Positions 42,458 through 53,434 of a stretch of DNA of 64,000 nucleotides are shown in pieces (position 1 is the first letter of the stretch; each line of letters begins with the position of its first letter). The position numbers and the translations under genes were made by a program. The notes beneath the pieces were generated by a model. The model ran no database searches. It worked only from the letters and a program-made list of their open reading frames with translations, and was not told where the DNA came from. Location: the NCBI GenBank assembly GCA_038523235.1, contig JBCBJQ010000019.1:1-64000 (forward strand), given 5' to 3'. Source of the stretch: Cyanobacteria bacterium J06626_4. Lineage in GTDB: Bacteria; Cyanobacteriota; Cyanobacteriia; Phormidesmidales; Phormidesmidaceae.

Positions 42458-44641
42458 ATGAACCATCCACTGCCTGATAACTCTCAAGGACACAGCTCCC
42501 TAGCCGCAATCGTCCTCACTGACGCGGTCGGGTTTAGTGCCCGTATGTCTACCGATGAAGAAGACACCCTGAGCTTGATTCATCGTGATCTCAAGCTGAT
42601 GGAGACCCTCTGTCGGCAGTTTGAGGGGCAGGTCATTAAATCGACGGGGGATGGTTTGCTGATGTGCTTTACCAGTGCGGTAAAGGCCGTTAGCTGCAGC
42701 TTAGAAATTCAGCGTCAATTGGTCACCCCAACTCAGCCCTCTCAAAAGCGACTAGAGCATCGCATCGGCGTGCATTTGGGCGATGTTTTCTTCAAAGATG
42801 ATGATGTTATGGGTAACGGGGTCAATATTGCGGCTCGCCTGCAGACAGAGGCTCAGCCGGCAGGGATTTGCATCTCTCAGGTGGTCTATGAAGTGGTGAA
42901 ATCGCGGCTGGCGCTTAACGCCTCCTATGCCGGGCCGCTACAGCTCAAAAATATTCAAGCCCCCCAACCGGCTTACCACGTCAATCACGATTTGGATGCG
43001 TTACCGCCGCCTGTGGCGGCATCGATGGAAGATGTGTCTGCGCAAGCGGTGACTGAAATCGAACCGCCGTCAGATGCCCCCAAGCCCGTTGGGTCACCGC
43101 GCGATAAGCTCCGCCCCGGCAGCAAAATTGGGGGGCGTTATGTCGTGCAGCGAGTGCTCGGGCAGGGGGGCTTTGGTCGCTCATACCTGGTGGAAGACTC
43201 GCAACGATTTGGCGAAGCCTGTGTGCTGAAAGAATTTTTTCCCCGCAATGCCTCGAAGCGATCGCTGCAAAAAGCGTTGGATTTGTTTAAGCGTGAGGCG
43301 AAGACGCTTTATCAAATTAGTCATCCCCAGGTGCCCAAATTTTTGGCCGGTTTTACCCAAGAGCAGCGCCTATTTATTGTGCAGGAATACGTCCACGGCG
43401 TGACCTATTCCCACCTGCTCAAAGAGCGCAAGCGCGAGGGGCAAGCCTTTGCTGAGCAGGAGGTCAAACGGTGGATGATTCACATGCTGCAGGTGTTGGA
43501 ATATCTGCATAATCTCAACATCGTGCACCGCGACATTTCACCTGACAATGTGATGTATTGTCGCGATCGCGACCTGCCCGTGCTGATTGACTTTGGCCTG
43601 GTCAATGATGCCATGAGCGAGATTTTGTCCGGCGATTTGGATGAAGAAGACATGCCGCGATCGGCCACCGTCGTCGGCAAGTTTGGCTACTCTCCCCCCG
43701 AACAGATTCAGCTGGGGCAGTGTTTTCCCTGCAGCGATTTGTACGCCCTCGGGGTGACCGCGATCGTTCTGCTGACCGGTCGGTATCCGCGGGAGCTGAT
43801 GGATCGCAACACGTTAGATTGGCAATGGCGACAGCATGTTGACCTGACCTATTCGTTCACCACAGTCTTGCAACAGCTGATTCATCGTCAGCCGCAAGAG
43901 CGCTATCAGTCGGCCAGAGAGGTGTTAGAAGCCATCACGCCGCTACTCGATAGCGACGAGGTCAGCTCGCCGCTGCCGCAATCGATGATGACGACCACGC
44001 GCATCGATCTCTCGCCCGATCCAAACGCGGCCCCCGTGTTTAATGCGCCGCTACAGGTGGGCTCGGGGTCGGTTTTACCAGAAGCCGCCTTTGTCAATGA
44101 GTGTCGGCAAGCGCTCATGCGCTGTATTGGCCCCATGGCCACCCTCGTGCTCGAAGATGTTTTGGATCAATATCCCGACGCTAGTCCCCAAGAGCTGGTC
44201 GATATTTTAGCGGCGCAGCTCTCCGATGGTCAGCAGGCCAGTCAATTTGTCAGCAGCGTTCAGGTGCCGAGGCCTTCGATGGTGTCTCAGCCGCCCAGTG
44301 GTCTGCAGTCGATGGGCCAGTCGGGGGTGCAGAGTGCTGCTCAGCCGCTTAGCCGTACGTCAGCCGCCAGCGCGTCGGCAGCCAGCCAGGTGACTAATCC
44401 CAGTGGGGCCAGTCCCAGTGGGGCCAGTCAGGCATCGGCAGCCCCGCCTGAGCTGAGCTCTGAATTTGTTAATCGCTGTCGGCAGGCGCTCAAGCGGTGT
44501 GTTGGCCCTATCGCCGATATGCTGCTCGAAGATACTTTGACTGATTACCCTAATCTCGGGCCACAGGAACTCGTCGCCCAACTCGCGGCGGAAATCCCGA
44601 ACCCAAGTAAGGCTGAGGAATTTCAACAGCAGTTACAGTGA
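42458..44641 (+). CDS. Class III adenylate cyclase domain fused to a Ser/Thr kinase and a duplicated C-terminal helical domain
   Basis: TDAVGFS, IKSTGDG, GVNIAARL; GQGGFG, VLKEF, HRDISPDN, IDFG, SDLYALG; two FVN.CRQAL.RC.GP.A..LED repeats. Confidence 0.92.
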   Translation: MNHPLPDNSQGHSSLAAIVLTDAVGFSARMSTDEEDTLSLIHRDLKLMETLCRQFEGQVIKSTGDGLLMCFTSAVKAVSCSLEIQRQLVTPTQPSQKRLEHRIGVHLGDVFFKDDDVMGNGVNIAARLQTEAQPAGICISQVVYEVVKSRLALNASYAGPLQLKNIQAPQPAYHVNHDLDALPPPVAASMEDVSAQAVTEIEPPSDAPKPVGSPRDKLRPGSKIGGRYVVQRVLGQGGFGRSYLVEDSQRFGEACVLKEFFPRNASKRSLQKALDLFKREAKTLYQISHPQVPKFLAGFTQEQRLFIVQEYVHGVTYSHLLKERKREGQAFAEQEVKRWMIHMLQVLEYLHNLNIVHRDISPDNVMYCRDRDLPVLIDFGLVNDAMSEILSGDLDEEDMPRSATVVGKFGYSPPEQIQLGQCFPCSDLYALGVTAIVLLTGRYPRELMDRNTLDWQWRQHVDLTYSFTTVLQQLIHRQPQERYQSAREVLEAITPLLDSDEVSSPLPQSMMTTTRIDLSPDPNAAPVFNAPLQVGSGSVLPEAAFVNECRQALMRCIGPMATLVLEDVLDQYPDASPQELVDILAAQLSDGQQASQFVSSVQVPRPSMVSQPPSGLQSMGQSGVQSAAQPLSRTSAASASAASQVTNPSGASPSGASQASAAPPELSSEFVNRCRQALKRCVGPIADMLLEDTLTDYPNLGPQELVAQLAAEIPNPSKAEEFQQQLQ

Positions 44642-44748
44642 GTCAACAGTCGCCATCACAGAATGCGGAATGCAGAATACCCTTCGGTAAGTGCAAGGCC
44701 CGACGGAAGTCGGCGTTGACAAGCCTATCAGATGTTGATTTCAGCGAT

Positions 44749-44834
44749 AGCGAGCCGTAGTCAGGGTTGGAAACTTTTAATCGCCGGATCGCCTGCGGCA
44801 AGCCCCTTCCTGTCACCTTTCTACCCTCTGCTAT
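44749..44834 (+). repeat. Degenerate dispersed repeat, copy B
   Basis: Aligns with 41677-41776. Confidence 0.75.
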
Positions 44835-45068
44835 CTCTGGAATGACCTGATCAAATTGTGGCTTGCTATGGTCCACTTAGGGCAAGACGACTGCCAGGCT
44901 ACTTTACTGATGCGCTAAGCACTGGAGTGCCTCTGGAGTTCCTGGCAAAGGGTCCAGCGCCATAGATTACTGATTGCGCTGGGCCGCTCTCGCGAGAGCG
45001 CTCTAAACGCTTTGCAGCTCGTGACGGTAAGCCCCAACCCGATAGAGGCTGGGGAATTGCAATAGCGG

Positions 45069-46007
45069 TTACTGTGACAGGTCGTTGGCTGAACTGCGCC
45101 GCCCTTCGCGATAGCGCTCTAAACGCTGCATCGCCATTTGTAAACTCAGACGCATACGGTTAAAGGCATCTGAGAGCTTGCCGACCTCGTCTTTCGAGTC
45201 GTGGGTAAATTCGGCAGCGGTATCGCCCATGCTGACCGCTTCGGCTACCTGGGCCATGCGATTCAAAGGCTTCACGACAAAGCGCTTGAGCCAGAGGTTC
45301 ACCAAAATCGTGGCGATCGCAAAGGCGATGATAAAGATGCCCAAAATCAACACCAGGGATTGGCGGGCTCCCTGCACGACCTTTGCCGCTGGCACGGAAA
45401 TCATTTGTGCCCCGACGATTTCATTCAGCTCCCAGTCAAAGCCGTTCGCCGAGCCGTAGCGCTCGATCATGCTGGCGGGGGCGGCAGCCGGGGTGCTGTG
45501 GCACTCTAAACAGCTGGCATTGGTAATTTGAATGGGGCGCGCAATGTAATACAGCTTGCCGGCGGGCGTCCGGCGAAAGCCGCTCACTTCCGAGGCATTA
45601 TCAGGGTTTTGCCGAAACTGACCGACCAGCTCAGCTTCAAAGTCGTCAGCCTTATCGCGCAGATTGGTCGGGTTCAGCGTCGCTTCTTTGTAAAAGAAAT
45701 CGCTATAGGCCGGGTTGAGCCGGAAGGTTTCAAACACTTCGCGAGCGGAGTAGGCCGGTACACTCTCCGGCAAAAATTCTGCTTCGAGGCGATCGGCAAT
45801 CTCTGGCTGCACGTGATCGTTGGTGTAGGTGCGGATGGCGTTCATGGTTTCCATCATCATCAACGCCTTGGTGGTGAGCTGGCCCTGGGTGCTGCGGTTG
45901 AGCACTGATGACAGCGCCACACCACTGGCGAGTACGCCACCAAGAAAAACCAGCACGAGCAATAGCGTAAATTTTTGGCCTAATTGGAGGTTTTTGAGCT
46001 TGAACAT
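45069..46007 (-). CDS. Heme-c (DUF3365/Tll0287-like) plus HAMP membrane sensor with no output domain
   Basis: TM, YKEATLNPTNLRD, CLECH heme motif, TM, HAMP (KPLNRM...DEVGKLSDAFNRM). Confidence 0.88.
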   Translation of the reverse strand: MFKLKNLQLGQKFTLLLVLVFLGGVLASGVALSSVLNRSTQGQLTTKALMMMETMNAIRTYTNDHVQPEIADRLEAEFLPESVPAYSAREVFETFRLNPAYSDFFYKEATLNPTNLRDKADDFEAELVGQFRQNPDNASEVSGFRRTPAGKLYYIARPIQITNASCLECHSTPAAAPASMIERYGSANGFDWELNEIVGAQMISVPAAKVVQGARQSLVLILGIFIIAFAIATILVNLWLKRFVVKPLNRMAQVAEAVSMGDTAAEFTHDSKDEVGKLSDAFNRMRLSLQMAMQRLERYREGRRSSANDLSQ

Positions 46008-46394
46008 AATGGGCAATTTGTGACGGTGCTATTAGTTTCAATACAGCTTGGGGGCGGCGATTTCGCACACCTTGAGAACCGCTGGCGCTAAGGGAGCGGC
46101 TCAGTCAGCCAACTGATGAATTTGGATAGCGGCACCCTGAGTCAAGCGAGAAAAAGTTGATGCTATTGGCTGCTTCTATTTACGCATGCAGCGTGAGTCC
46201 CCCGGCAAAAGCGTTGCTTTATTTCACGCGATCGCCCACCGCAGCAACCTTTCTACAAGTGCGATCGCCTGGGAATAAAGTCATCAAAGCTGAGTTTGAA
46301 ACCTTGAAGTGCTCTCCTGCGCATGGTGGATTGGCTTACCGGTCGATCGCTTGCCTCCAGCGCTAGACTCAAACTATTGCCCTCACTCAAGATC

Positions 46395-47267
46395 ATGGCC
46401 CACCTCAAAGATCGCCGCCCCCAAAACATCGATGGCGACATTTATGTCGACAGCTCTTGTATTGACTGCGATACCTGCCGCTGGATGGCCCCCGACATCT
46501 TCACCCGCGCAGACGGCCAATCCGCCGTATCCCAGCAGCCCCAGACCGAGGCCGATCGCCTCGCGGCCTTGCAAGCTGTGCTCTCCTGCCCCACCGCCTC
46601 CATTGGCACGATCGCGCCGCCCCCTGATATGAAGGTGGCCCAGGCTAGCTTTCCCATTCCCATTGCCGACAACGTTTACCACTGCGGCTACCATTCCGAA
46701 AAATCCTATGGAGCCGCCAGCTACTTTATTCAGCGGCCTGAAGGCAACATTTTGATCGACTCACCCCGCTTTGCTGCGCCTCTAGTGAAGCAATTAGAGG
46801 CGCTCGGCGGCGTGCGATATCTGTACCTCACCCACCGCGATGATGTGGCCGACCATCAGCAGTTTCACGATCGCTTTGGCTGCGATCGGCTACTGCACCG
46901 CGATGATGTGACCGCAGGCACCGCCGCTGTCGAAATCGTGCTCGAAGGAGCTGATCCGACGGCACTAGACGCCGACGTCAAAATCATTCCCGTGCCTGGT
47001 CATACGAAAGGCCATACCGTGCTGCTGTATCGCGATCGCTTCCTGTTTACCGGCGATCACCTGGCTTGGTCGGTGCGGCTGCATCAGCTTTATGCGTTTC
47101 ATCGCTTTTGCTGGTATTCCTGGCCGCAGCAAATTGAGTCAATGGCCAAACTCACCGCCTACGACTTTGAGTGGGTGCTGCCGGGGCATGGTCGCCGTCA
47201 TCAAGCTGACCAAGCCACCATGGCCCAGCAGCTACAAAAGTGCGTGGACTGGATGAAAGCGCAATAG
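46395..47267 (+). CDS. Ferredoxin-MBL-fold metallohydrolase
   Basis: CIDCDTC...CP; THRDD, PGHTKGH, TGDH, PGHG. Confidence 0.9.
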   Translation: MAHLKDRRPQNIDGDIYVDSSCIDCDTCRWMAPDIFTRADGQSAVSQQPQTEADRLAALQAVLSCPTASIGTIAPPPDMKVAQASFPIPIADNVYHCGYHSEKSYGAASYFIQRPEGNILIDSPRFAAPLVKQLEALGGVRYLYLTHRDDVADHQQFHDRFGCDRLLHRDDVTAGTAAVEIVLEGADPTALDADVKIIPVPGHTKGHTVLLYRDRFLFTGDHLAWSVRLHQLYAFHRFCWYSWPQQIESMAKLTAYDFEWVLPGHGRRHQADQATMAQQLQKCVDWMKAQ

Positions 47268-47281
47268 CGTCGCCGAACGGT

Positions 47282-48358
47282 TTAATAGCGAGCCACCCCT
47301 ACTGCCACTGCGTCGCTAGCATGTTGGCCCTGACACGTTTTCATGGCCGACTCGATCGCCTGCAAAGCCTCATCGATATCCGCCTGACTCACCATCAGAT
47401 TAGTTACCGCCCGCAGCGTGTTCGCGCCAGTTGGTAGCACGCCGACGCCGAGTTCCGCCAGTTGAGTGGCCAAAGTTGTTGCTGGAATGCTCTCCGGCGT
47501 GTGGAAATAGACGAGGTTGGTCTCGACTTCCTCTAGGGCGATCGCAATGCCGTCGATCTGCTGCAGCCCGACCGCGAGGCGCTGGGCGTTGGCATGGTCA
47601 TCGGCGAGGCGATCGCGGTGATGCTTGAGGGCATATAGCGCTCCCGCCGCAATGATGCCTGCCTGCCGCATACCGCCGCCAAACATTTTGCGAAACCGGC
47701 GCGCCCGCTGCATCAAGTCCTTCGGTCCAACTAAGGCGGAACCCACCGGTGCGCCCAGCCCTTTCGAAAAGCAAACGCTCACCGTGTCAAAGGGGGCAGC
47801 ATAGGCTGCTTCTGCCTGGCCCGTCGCCACACAGGCATTCCAAAACCGCGCCCCGTCGAGATGCAGCCGCAGCGCATGGTCACGACATACCGCCGCAATT
47901 TCCTCAATTTCGGATAGCGGAAAAATGCTGCCGCCGCCACGATTGTGGGTGTTCTCTAAACACACCAGCTTGGTGCGGGGATAGTGCTCATTCCAGGGTC
48001 GCAGCGCCTTTTGCAAATCGGCAGCAGTGAAGATGCCGCGCTGTCCTTCAATCAGTTTGCACATCACGCCCGATAGTGCCGCTGGACCACCCGCCTCGTA
48101 AAAATAAATGTGGGCCTGACTTTCCAGAATAATTTCGTCACCCGGTTCGGTATGGGTGCGCAGCGCCACCTGATTGGTCATGGTGCCTGATGGCATGTAA
48201 ACTGCCGCTTCTTTACCCAATAAGGCAGCGACAGTGTCCTCTAATTGGTTGACGGTGGGGTCATCGCCCAGCACATCATCGCCGACTGGGGTACGGGCGA
48301 TCGCGGCGCGCATCTCGGCGGTGGGTTGAGTAACGGTGTCGCTACGCAGGTCAATCAT
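47282..48358 (-). CDS. ltaE: Low-specificity L-threonine aldolase
   Basis: [46 protein letters not shown]. Confidence 0.94.
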   Translation of the reverse strand: MIDLRSDTVTQPTAEMRAAIARTPVGDDVLGDDPTVNQLEDTVAALLGKEAAVYMPSGTMTNQVALRTHTEPGDEIILESQAHIYFYEAGGPAALSGVMCKLIEGQRGIFTAADLQKALRPWNEHYPRTKLVCLENTHNRGGGSIFPLSEIEEIAAVCRDHALRLHLDGARFWNACVATGQAEAAYAAPFDTVSVCFSKGLGAPVGSALVGPKDLMQRARRFRKMFGGGMRQAGIIAAGALYALKHHRDRLADDHANAQRLAVGLQQIDGIAIALEEVETNLVYFHTPESIPATTLATQLAELGVGVLPTGANTLRAVTNLMVSQADIDEALQAIESAMKTCQGQHASDAVAVGVARY

Positions 48359-48729
48359 AGGAAGGGGGGTGAGGGATGACAGAGTGGGGTGAGTCGGCAT
48401 GACTCGCTGATTCTAGGCTAGAGCATTTGTCGCCATCAAAACGAGTGATCTGCCGCACAATGTGACAGTAATGAGCAGCGCGATCGCGGCTCATAATACC
48501 GATTGCTAGCTTGATGCGAAGCATGAAGTATGGTGGAGAGACCTTTCCAGCTGGAGGAGTGTTTCTACCGCTGAGGCGCTAAAGACACAAGCATCTGTCC
48601 TGGCATGCCGAATTGATTGTCTCTGGCTGCAGCAGTGACATCAGCAGCGGTGCGATCGAGGCAGAAAAAGCAGCATTCACCGACCGCGATCGCCTATCCT
48701 ACGATGCAAGTTGGTTACTAAGGCAGACC

Positions 48730-49728
48730 GTGGTCAACACTTCAACAGATCCGCACCGCCCCGGCTTAACGTTGCCCGCGATGGGCTGTGGCACCTGGGC
48801 TTGGGGCAATCGTTTGCTGTGGGGCTATACCCCCGATATGGACGAGCAACTGCAGGCCGTATTTGACCACTGCGTCAGTCACGGCATCACGCTGTTTGAC
48901 ACCGGCGACTCTTATGGGACTGGGCGACTCAATGGCCGCAGTGAAACGCTGTTGGGGCAGTTTGCCAATGGCTATCAGGGCGACCATCGCGAACAGATTT
49001 GTTTGGCCACTAAGCTGGCTGCTTATCCCTGGCGGCTGACGCGGGGTGCCATGATCAACGCTTGCATTGCCTCCTCGCGGCGGTTTGGTCGTGGCGTTGA
49101 CTTAGCTCAGCTGCACTGGTCAACGGCCAACTATGCCCCCTGGCAAGAGGGCACGCTGTTAGATGGCCTGGCCGATCTCTATGAGCAGCATCAGGTGCGC
49201 GGTGTGGGCCTGTCGAACTTTGGCCCCAAGCGCTTGAGAAAGATTTATCCCCAGTTTCGCGATCGCGGCGTGCCAATTACCACCCTGCAGGTTCAATATT
49301 CGCTGCTGTCGACCTATCCGGTCACCCAGTTGGGCATTCAAGCAGTGTGTGATGAACTGGGCATTCGCCTGATTGCCTACAGCCCACTGGCGTTAGGATT
49401 GTTGACTGGCAAATATCAGATGGGTAGTGCCCTGCCTGCCGGGCTGCGCGGTGTGCTGTTTCGTCAGCTGCTGCCAGGGGTCAAACCGATCCTCGACACC
49501 GTCGAAGCGATCGCCCTATTTCGAGAGAAAACAATGGCTCAGGTGGCGCTCAACTGGTGCATCTGCAAAGGCTTTATCCCGATCCCTGGGGCTAAGACGC
49601 TGGCCCAAGCTCAGCAAAATACCGGGGCGCTGGGCTGGCAATTAGATGCAGGAGAAGTGCTTGAGCTAGACAATGCGGTGAACCGGAGCGACAAGCAGAT
49701 GGTGCAAAACATCTTTCAAACCCAGTGA
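48730..49728 (+). CDS. Aldo/keto reductase (start uncertain)
   Basis: GCGTWAWG, FDTGDSYG, GLSNF, AYSPLALGLL, IPGAK. Confidence 0.92.
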   Translation: MVNTSTDPHRPGLTLPAMGCGTWAWGNRLLWGYTPDMDEQLQAVFDHCVSHGITLFDTGDSYGTGRLNGRSETLLGQFANGYQGDHREQICLATKLAAYPWRLTRGAMINACIASSRRFGRGVDLAQLHWSTANYAPWQEGTLLDGLADLYEQHQVRGVGLSNFGPKRLRKIYPQFRDRGVPITTLQVQYSLLSTYPVTQLGIQAVCDELGIRLIAYSPLALGLLTGKYQMGSALPAGLRGVLFRQLLPGVKPILDTVEAIALFREKTMAQVALNWCICKGFIPIPGAKTLAQAQQNTGALGWQLDAGEVLELDNAVNRSDKQMVQNIFQTQ

Positions 49729-50075
49729 ACGGTTTACGATCTAGGGATGCTCTGTACGTAACTTTGCGTAGCCCATGCCGTGACGAAATCGAAATAGAGA
49801 CGTCATTATCTTGATCTCTGCTTCACAAAAGTCGCTGATTTGATGAAGTCTAATTAAACTTTCGGGAAAGCGATCGCGGTCGCTTATTAGCATTCCAATA
49901 TTAATAGTACGAGAGTCAGCCAACCTTCAGACGGTTTACTCGTTTGTCATCTATCGATACGGTATCAAGTCATTCGCATCTACCCGGCAGTGACTTTGTG
50001 CCCGGCCGTTCACGCCGTATCGCACTCAAAACAACTACGCCATCCATTACTCAACGTTTTGGGAGAAATTTTGCT

Positions 50076-50243
50076 ATGCGCGTCTATACCAACTCAACCT
50101 TAAGAAGTCTTGTCGGCTATGGCAAGCTTTTAGCGGGTCTCGCCGTACTACTCGTCTTGCTATATCAAGGGTCTAGAATCCTGCAGAACGATCCAGCCCT
50201 GCAAGAACTCAGAAATTTACTGCAGATTGAAGAAGCTCAGTAG
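50076..50243 (+). CDS. Small single-TM hypothetical protein
   Basis: GGGAGA upstream of the ATG; LLAGLAVLLVLLY TM segment. Confidence 0.5.
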   Translation: MRVYTNSTLRSLVGYGKLLAGLAVLLVLLYQGSRILQNDPALQELRNLLQIEEAQ

Positions 50244-50382
50244 ATTCAAAACGTCGTCACGCGAAGATGCCCACGCTGGTGATCGTCTTGCTCGATTGTG
50301 AGGCAACCTCCGAGTCCGCGATGCCATCGCTTAGTGACGAACCTGAGGTCATGGTGTAAGACCTGACCTCACTTGCCCAAAA

Positions 50383-50928
50383 TTAACCCGTAAAGCCTGG
50401 CAGGCTGACCGCATCGCCGGCAAAACTGGGGAGATCAAGCTGTTGCGATCGTCGAGTACGCACGGCCAGCCGATAGCTCACACTCTGGAGTTCGGCTTGC
50501 AAACGGCGGTTCTCGGTTTGCAGGTCTTTAACCTTGCCGCGCACTGCATCCATACGATCTTCAAACTTTTGGCGGTAAACCTTCGGTAGCTCTTGCACCA
50601 CCTGCTCTAACATCCGCGTGCGATCTGTCAGCTCTTGCACTGTTTGCCGCAGCTGCACCGTTTCATCGTTACGTTCTTCGAGCTGACCCTGATAAAAGGT
50701 GACTTGCTGCTCAACGCCCTGCAGCTGCTCGCGCAACGCGCGCACCTCAGCCTGCTGCTGCTCAGACGATTCAGTTGTTGTGGGCGTTACTCCAGCGTTG
50801 CCCTTGACGAGGCGAAACAGCTCTCTTGAGAGCTGTTGCACTAACTCATCCCGCATCTGCAACTCTTCTCGGAGACGAGCAACTTCAGCTTGCTGGGTGG
50901 AATATGAGGAATTTACTACTTGCGTCAC
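50383..50928 (-). CDS. Npun_F5560-family coiled-coil protein (start uncertain)
   Basis: RDELVQQLSRELFRLVKGN, QELPKVYRQKF, ENRRLQAELQSVSYRLA. Confidence 0.82.
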   Translation of the reverse strand: MTQVVNSSYSTQQAEVARLREELQMRDELVQQLSRELFRLVKGNAGVTPTTTESSEQQQAEVRALREQLQGVEQQVTFYQGQLEERNDETVQLRQTVQELTDRTRMLEQVVQELPKVYRQKFEDRMDAVRGKVKDLQTENRRLQAELQSVSYRLAVRTRRSQQLDLPSFAGDAVSLPGFTG

Positions 50929-51351
50929 ACCGCTAACCCTAGTTCCCAAAAATCTTCAGAAGTACCCTACTCGCAGCTTGTGCACCTGATGCCTCAAATC
51001 TTCAATACGCCACTCAAGACCACGAAGGTTAAAAGCTCCAGGCTGATCTAGCTAGTGCAGTAAATGGCAGAAAAGCTGCTCAAAACACCACAGTTCGACC
51101 ATTTCGAATTTGATTGCTGATACTCTAGCACTTCATTTCATAAATGCAACCTATTTATCTAGGCAAATCTGCATTCAAGATGAAACGTTAGCTTTTTTTC
51201 AGCAAACGGGTGTTCAACTGGCTGATGTCTCAGACAATGTCGGTTCTGACAGAATCCGCCTGCTACGGCAGCAGCGCAGCAGGCGGAAACCAAAAGCACG
51301 AATTTTCTGAAATTTTGAGGGCAGTGAGTACACCGCCCTCATTATCTTGCC

Positions 51352-51732
51352 CTAAGCGGCACCAGGAGGCGGCGCAGAAGACCCTGCCGCAGTGGCTGCT
51401 TCGGGGGCAGGCATATCATTGGCATCGGCGAGATCGTCGGTCAGTTCTTGCTTGAGGGTTAGATATCGAATGACGTTTTCGCTGAGACGCATGGCTCGCT
51501 CCATCGGTGCCACGACATGCCCCAGTCCTTGGTAATTCATTTGAATGTAGATGCCTTCGCGATGATTCTGAATCTCGTAGGCGAGGCGACGCTTACCCCG
51601 GTGCTGTGTTTCTAAAATTGTGGCTCCCTGCTCTTGCAGAATCTCTTGGTAGCGGGCAATTTCAGCATCTACGACCTCTTCGACAATGTCGGGTCGCAGG
51701 ATATACATCGTCTCGTACATTAAATTTTTCAT
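51352..51732 (-). CDS. rpsF: 30S ribosomal protein S6
   Basis: [31 protein letters not shown]. Confidence 0.96.
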   Translation of the reverse strand: MKNLMYETMYILRPDIVEEVVDAEIARYQEILQEQGATILETQHRGKRRLAYEIQNHREGIYIQMNYQGLGHVVAPMERAMRLSENVIRYLTLKQELTDDLADANDMPAPEAATAAGSSAPPPGAA

Positions 51733-51861
51733 GAAAGCGCTCCTTGTGGACAAATGGCCTTTCCCGGTATAAATGGCTTCAGGCGACTTCTCAGCGAATC
51801 GCTCCTGGCCACTTGGGTAAAAGGCAAGGATCTACAATCATACCAGTATTCGAAGGAATTC

Positions 51862-52677
51862 ATGGCGCAACGCTACGTTCGAGTTCAATCGCAGTCGCGA
51901 CAACTGCACTACGGTTTGCTTCAGTCTGATCGCAGTGTTCACGTGCTGGATGCCCCGCCGTGGCTGCAGGGTGAGGTCACTGAGACCGTTCTCGAAGCAG
52001 ATAGTTACCAGTTGCTGGCACCCTGTGCCCCGTCCAAGATTATTGCGGTCGGCAAAAACTATGCGAAACATGCTGCCGAGATGGGGGGAGAGCTGCCTCA
52101 AGAACCGCTCCTATTCATGAAACCTTCAACGGCAGTCATTGCCACCCATTCCCCGATTTTGTATCCTCCTCAGTCGCAGCGCGTCGATTACGAAGGGGAG
52201 CTAGCATTAGTCATCGGGGCTCGGTGTCTCGATTGTGATGTCGCCGCCGCCCGCGACAAAATTTGGGGCTATACCATTGCCAATGATGTCACGGCTCGCG
52301 ATCTGCAGGCTCGCGATCGCCAATGGATTCGCGCTAAGGGCTTTGACTCGTTTTGCCCATTAGGCCCGTGGATTGTCCGCGAGCTGAATCCGGAGGCGCG
52401 CATTCAGACGTTTTTAAACGAACAGCCGACACCCGTGCAGCTCGGCGAAATTAGCGACATGATCTTCAAGCCCGCCGCGCTGGTGGCCTATATCAGTCAG
52501 GTGATGACCTTATTGCCCGGCGATGTGGTGTTGACGGGCACCCCCGCTGGCGTTGGCCCGCTGGCGCTGGGCGATCGCGTGCGGGTAGAGATTGAAGGCA
52601 TCGGCTCTCTCGAAAATTCAGTGCAAGCGCGACCTGCGCTAGTGCCGTCGATGGATTCGATGGAATCCGAAGGTTAG
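51862..52677 (+). CDS. Fumarylacetoacetate hydrolase family protein
   Basis: VGKNYAKH, DYEGEL, NDVTARD, KGFDSFCPLGP, TGTPAGVG. Confidence 0.93.
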   Translation: MAQRYVRVQSQSRQLHYGLLQSDRSVHVLDAPPWLQGEVTETVLEADSYQLLAPCAPSKIIAVGKNYAKHAAEMGGELPQEPLLFMKPSTAVIATHSPILYPPQSQRVDYEGELALVIGARCLDCDVAAARDKIWGYTIANDVTARDLQARDRQWIRAKGFDSFCPLGPWIVRELNPEARIQTFLNEQPTPVQLGEISDMIFKPAALVAYISQVMTLLPGDVVLTGTPAGVGPLALGDRVRVEIEGIGSLENSVQARPALVPSMDSMESEG

Positions 52678-52727
52678 CGCTGGGTCGACGCTCCTGGCGA
52701 GTCGGTCTGTTCAGGCGGTTCCCTAAA

Positions 52728-52767
52728 CAAACAGCCGGATTTCTCCTTCAAGAAACCCGGCTGTTTG
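52728..52767. terminator. Hairpin between convergent genes
   Basis: caaacagccgg...ccggctgtttg. Confidence 0.7.
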
Positions 52768-52810
52768 CCCATATTGATGAGTCGCGGCTCGTGGAGACAG
52801 GGCACACTGC

Positions 52811-53314
52811 CTAGCGCACTTGCATGTACACCGCTTCGGAAAGAGTAGGAATCTCAGCGTATTGACCGCGAATTGTTTGTACAAGGGAATATACGATCGC
52901 GCCCAAAATACCCAGCAATACAACGTTCAAAATCGTATCGACAAAGAGCCCAGTACCCAGAGCTGGCACCAAGACCATATTCAAAATTATCTGACCCAGA
53001 ATCAAGACGATATCAAGCAAGATGGCCTGCATCGTATTAAAGCGAATGAAATGGCTGATGTTTGTGTTGCGCACCACCAGAGTCAGCAGCAAAATAAACA
53101 CAATCAATCCGGCAAACGGAAAACCCGTATAGATGCGAACGAGCGGACTCAACGGCACGATAATTAATTGCAAAGCCGGAAACTGAGCAAATAATCCAAT
53201 GCCCGCTCTGTACGCGAAGGACATCCCCAGCAGAGAAACTTCAATGAGGGGAAGAAGATAGGGCAAACAAGCAAAAAATCGGTCTTGTGCCGTTGTGGTG
53301 CCACGCCAAGTCAT
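52811..53314 (-). CDS. Tic20/Ycf60-family membrane protein
   Basis: MTWRG, LPYLLPL, HFIRFNTMQAILLDI, EIPTLSEAVYMQV. Confidence 0.92.
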   Translation of the reverse strand: MTWRGTTTAQDRFFACLPYLLPLIEVSLLGMSFAYRAGIGLFAQFPALQLIIVPLSPLVRIYTGFPFAGLIVFILLLTLVVRNTNISHFIRFNTMQAILLDIVLILGQIILNMVLVPALGTGLFVDTILNVVLLGILGAIVYSLVQTIRGQYAEIPTLSEAVYMQVR

Positions 53315-53434
53315 TGAGTCCGCTGAGCCTCTAAATGTTTGATAATTATTCAACATGCTAACTGAGAAAAAGGCGAAAACCGTCTCCGGCTTAAGACTTT
53401 CTCTCGATCTCATCGCTAAGCGATTGCCCTGTGT

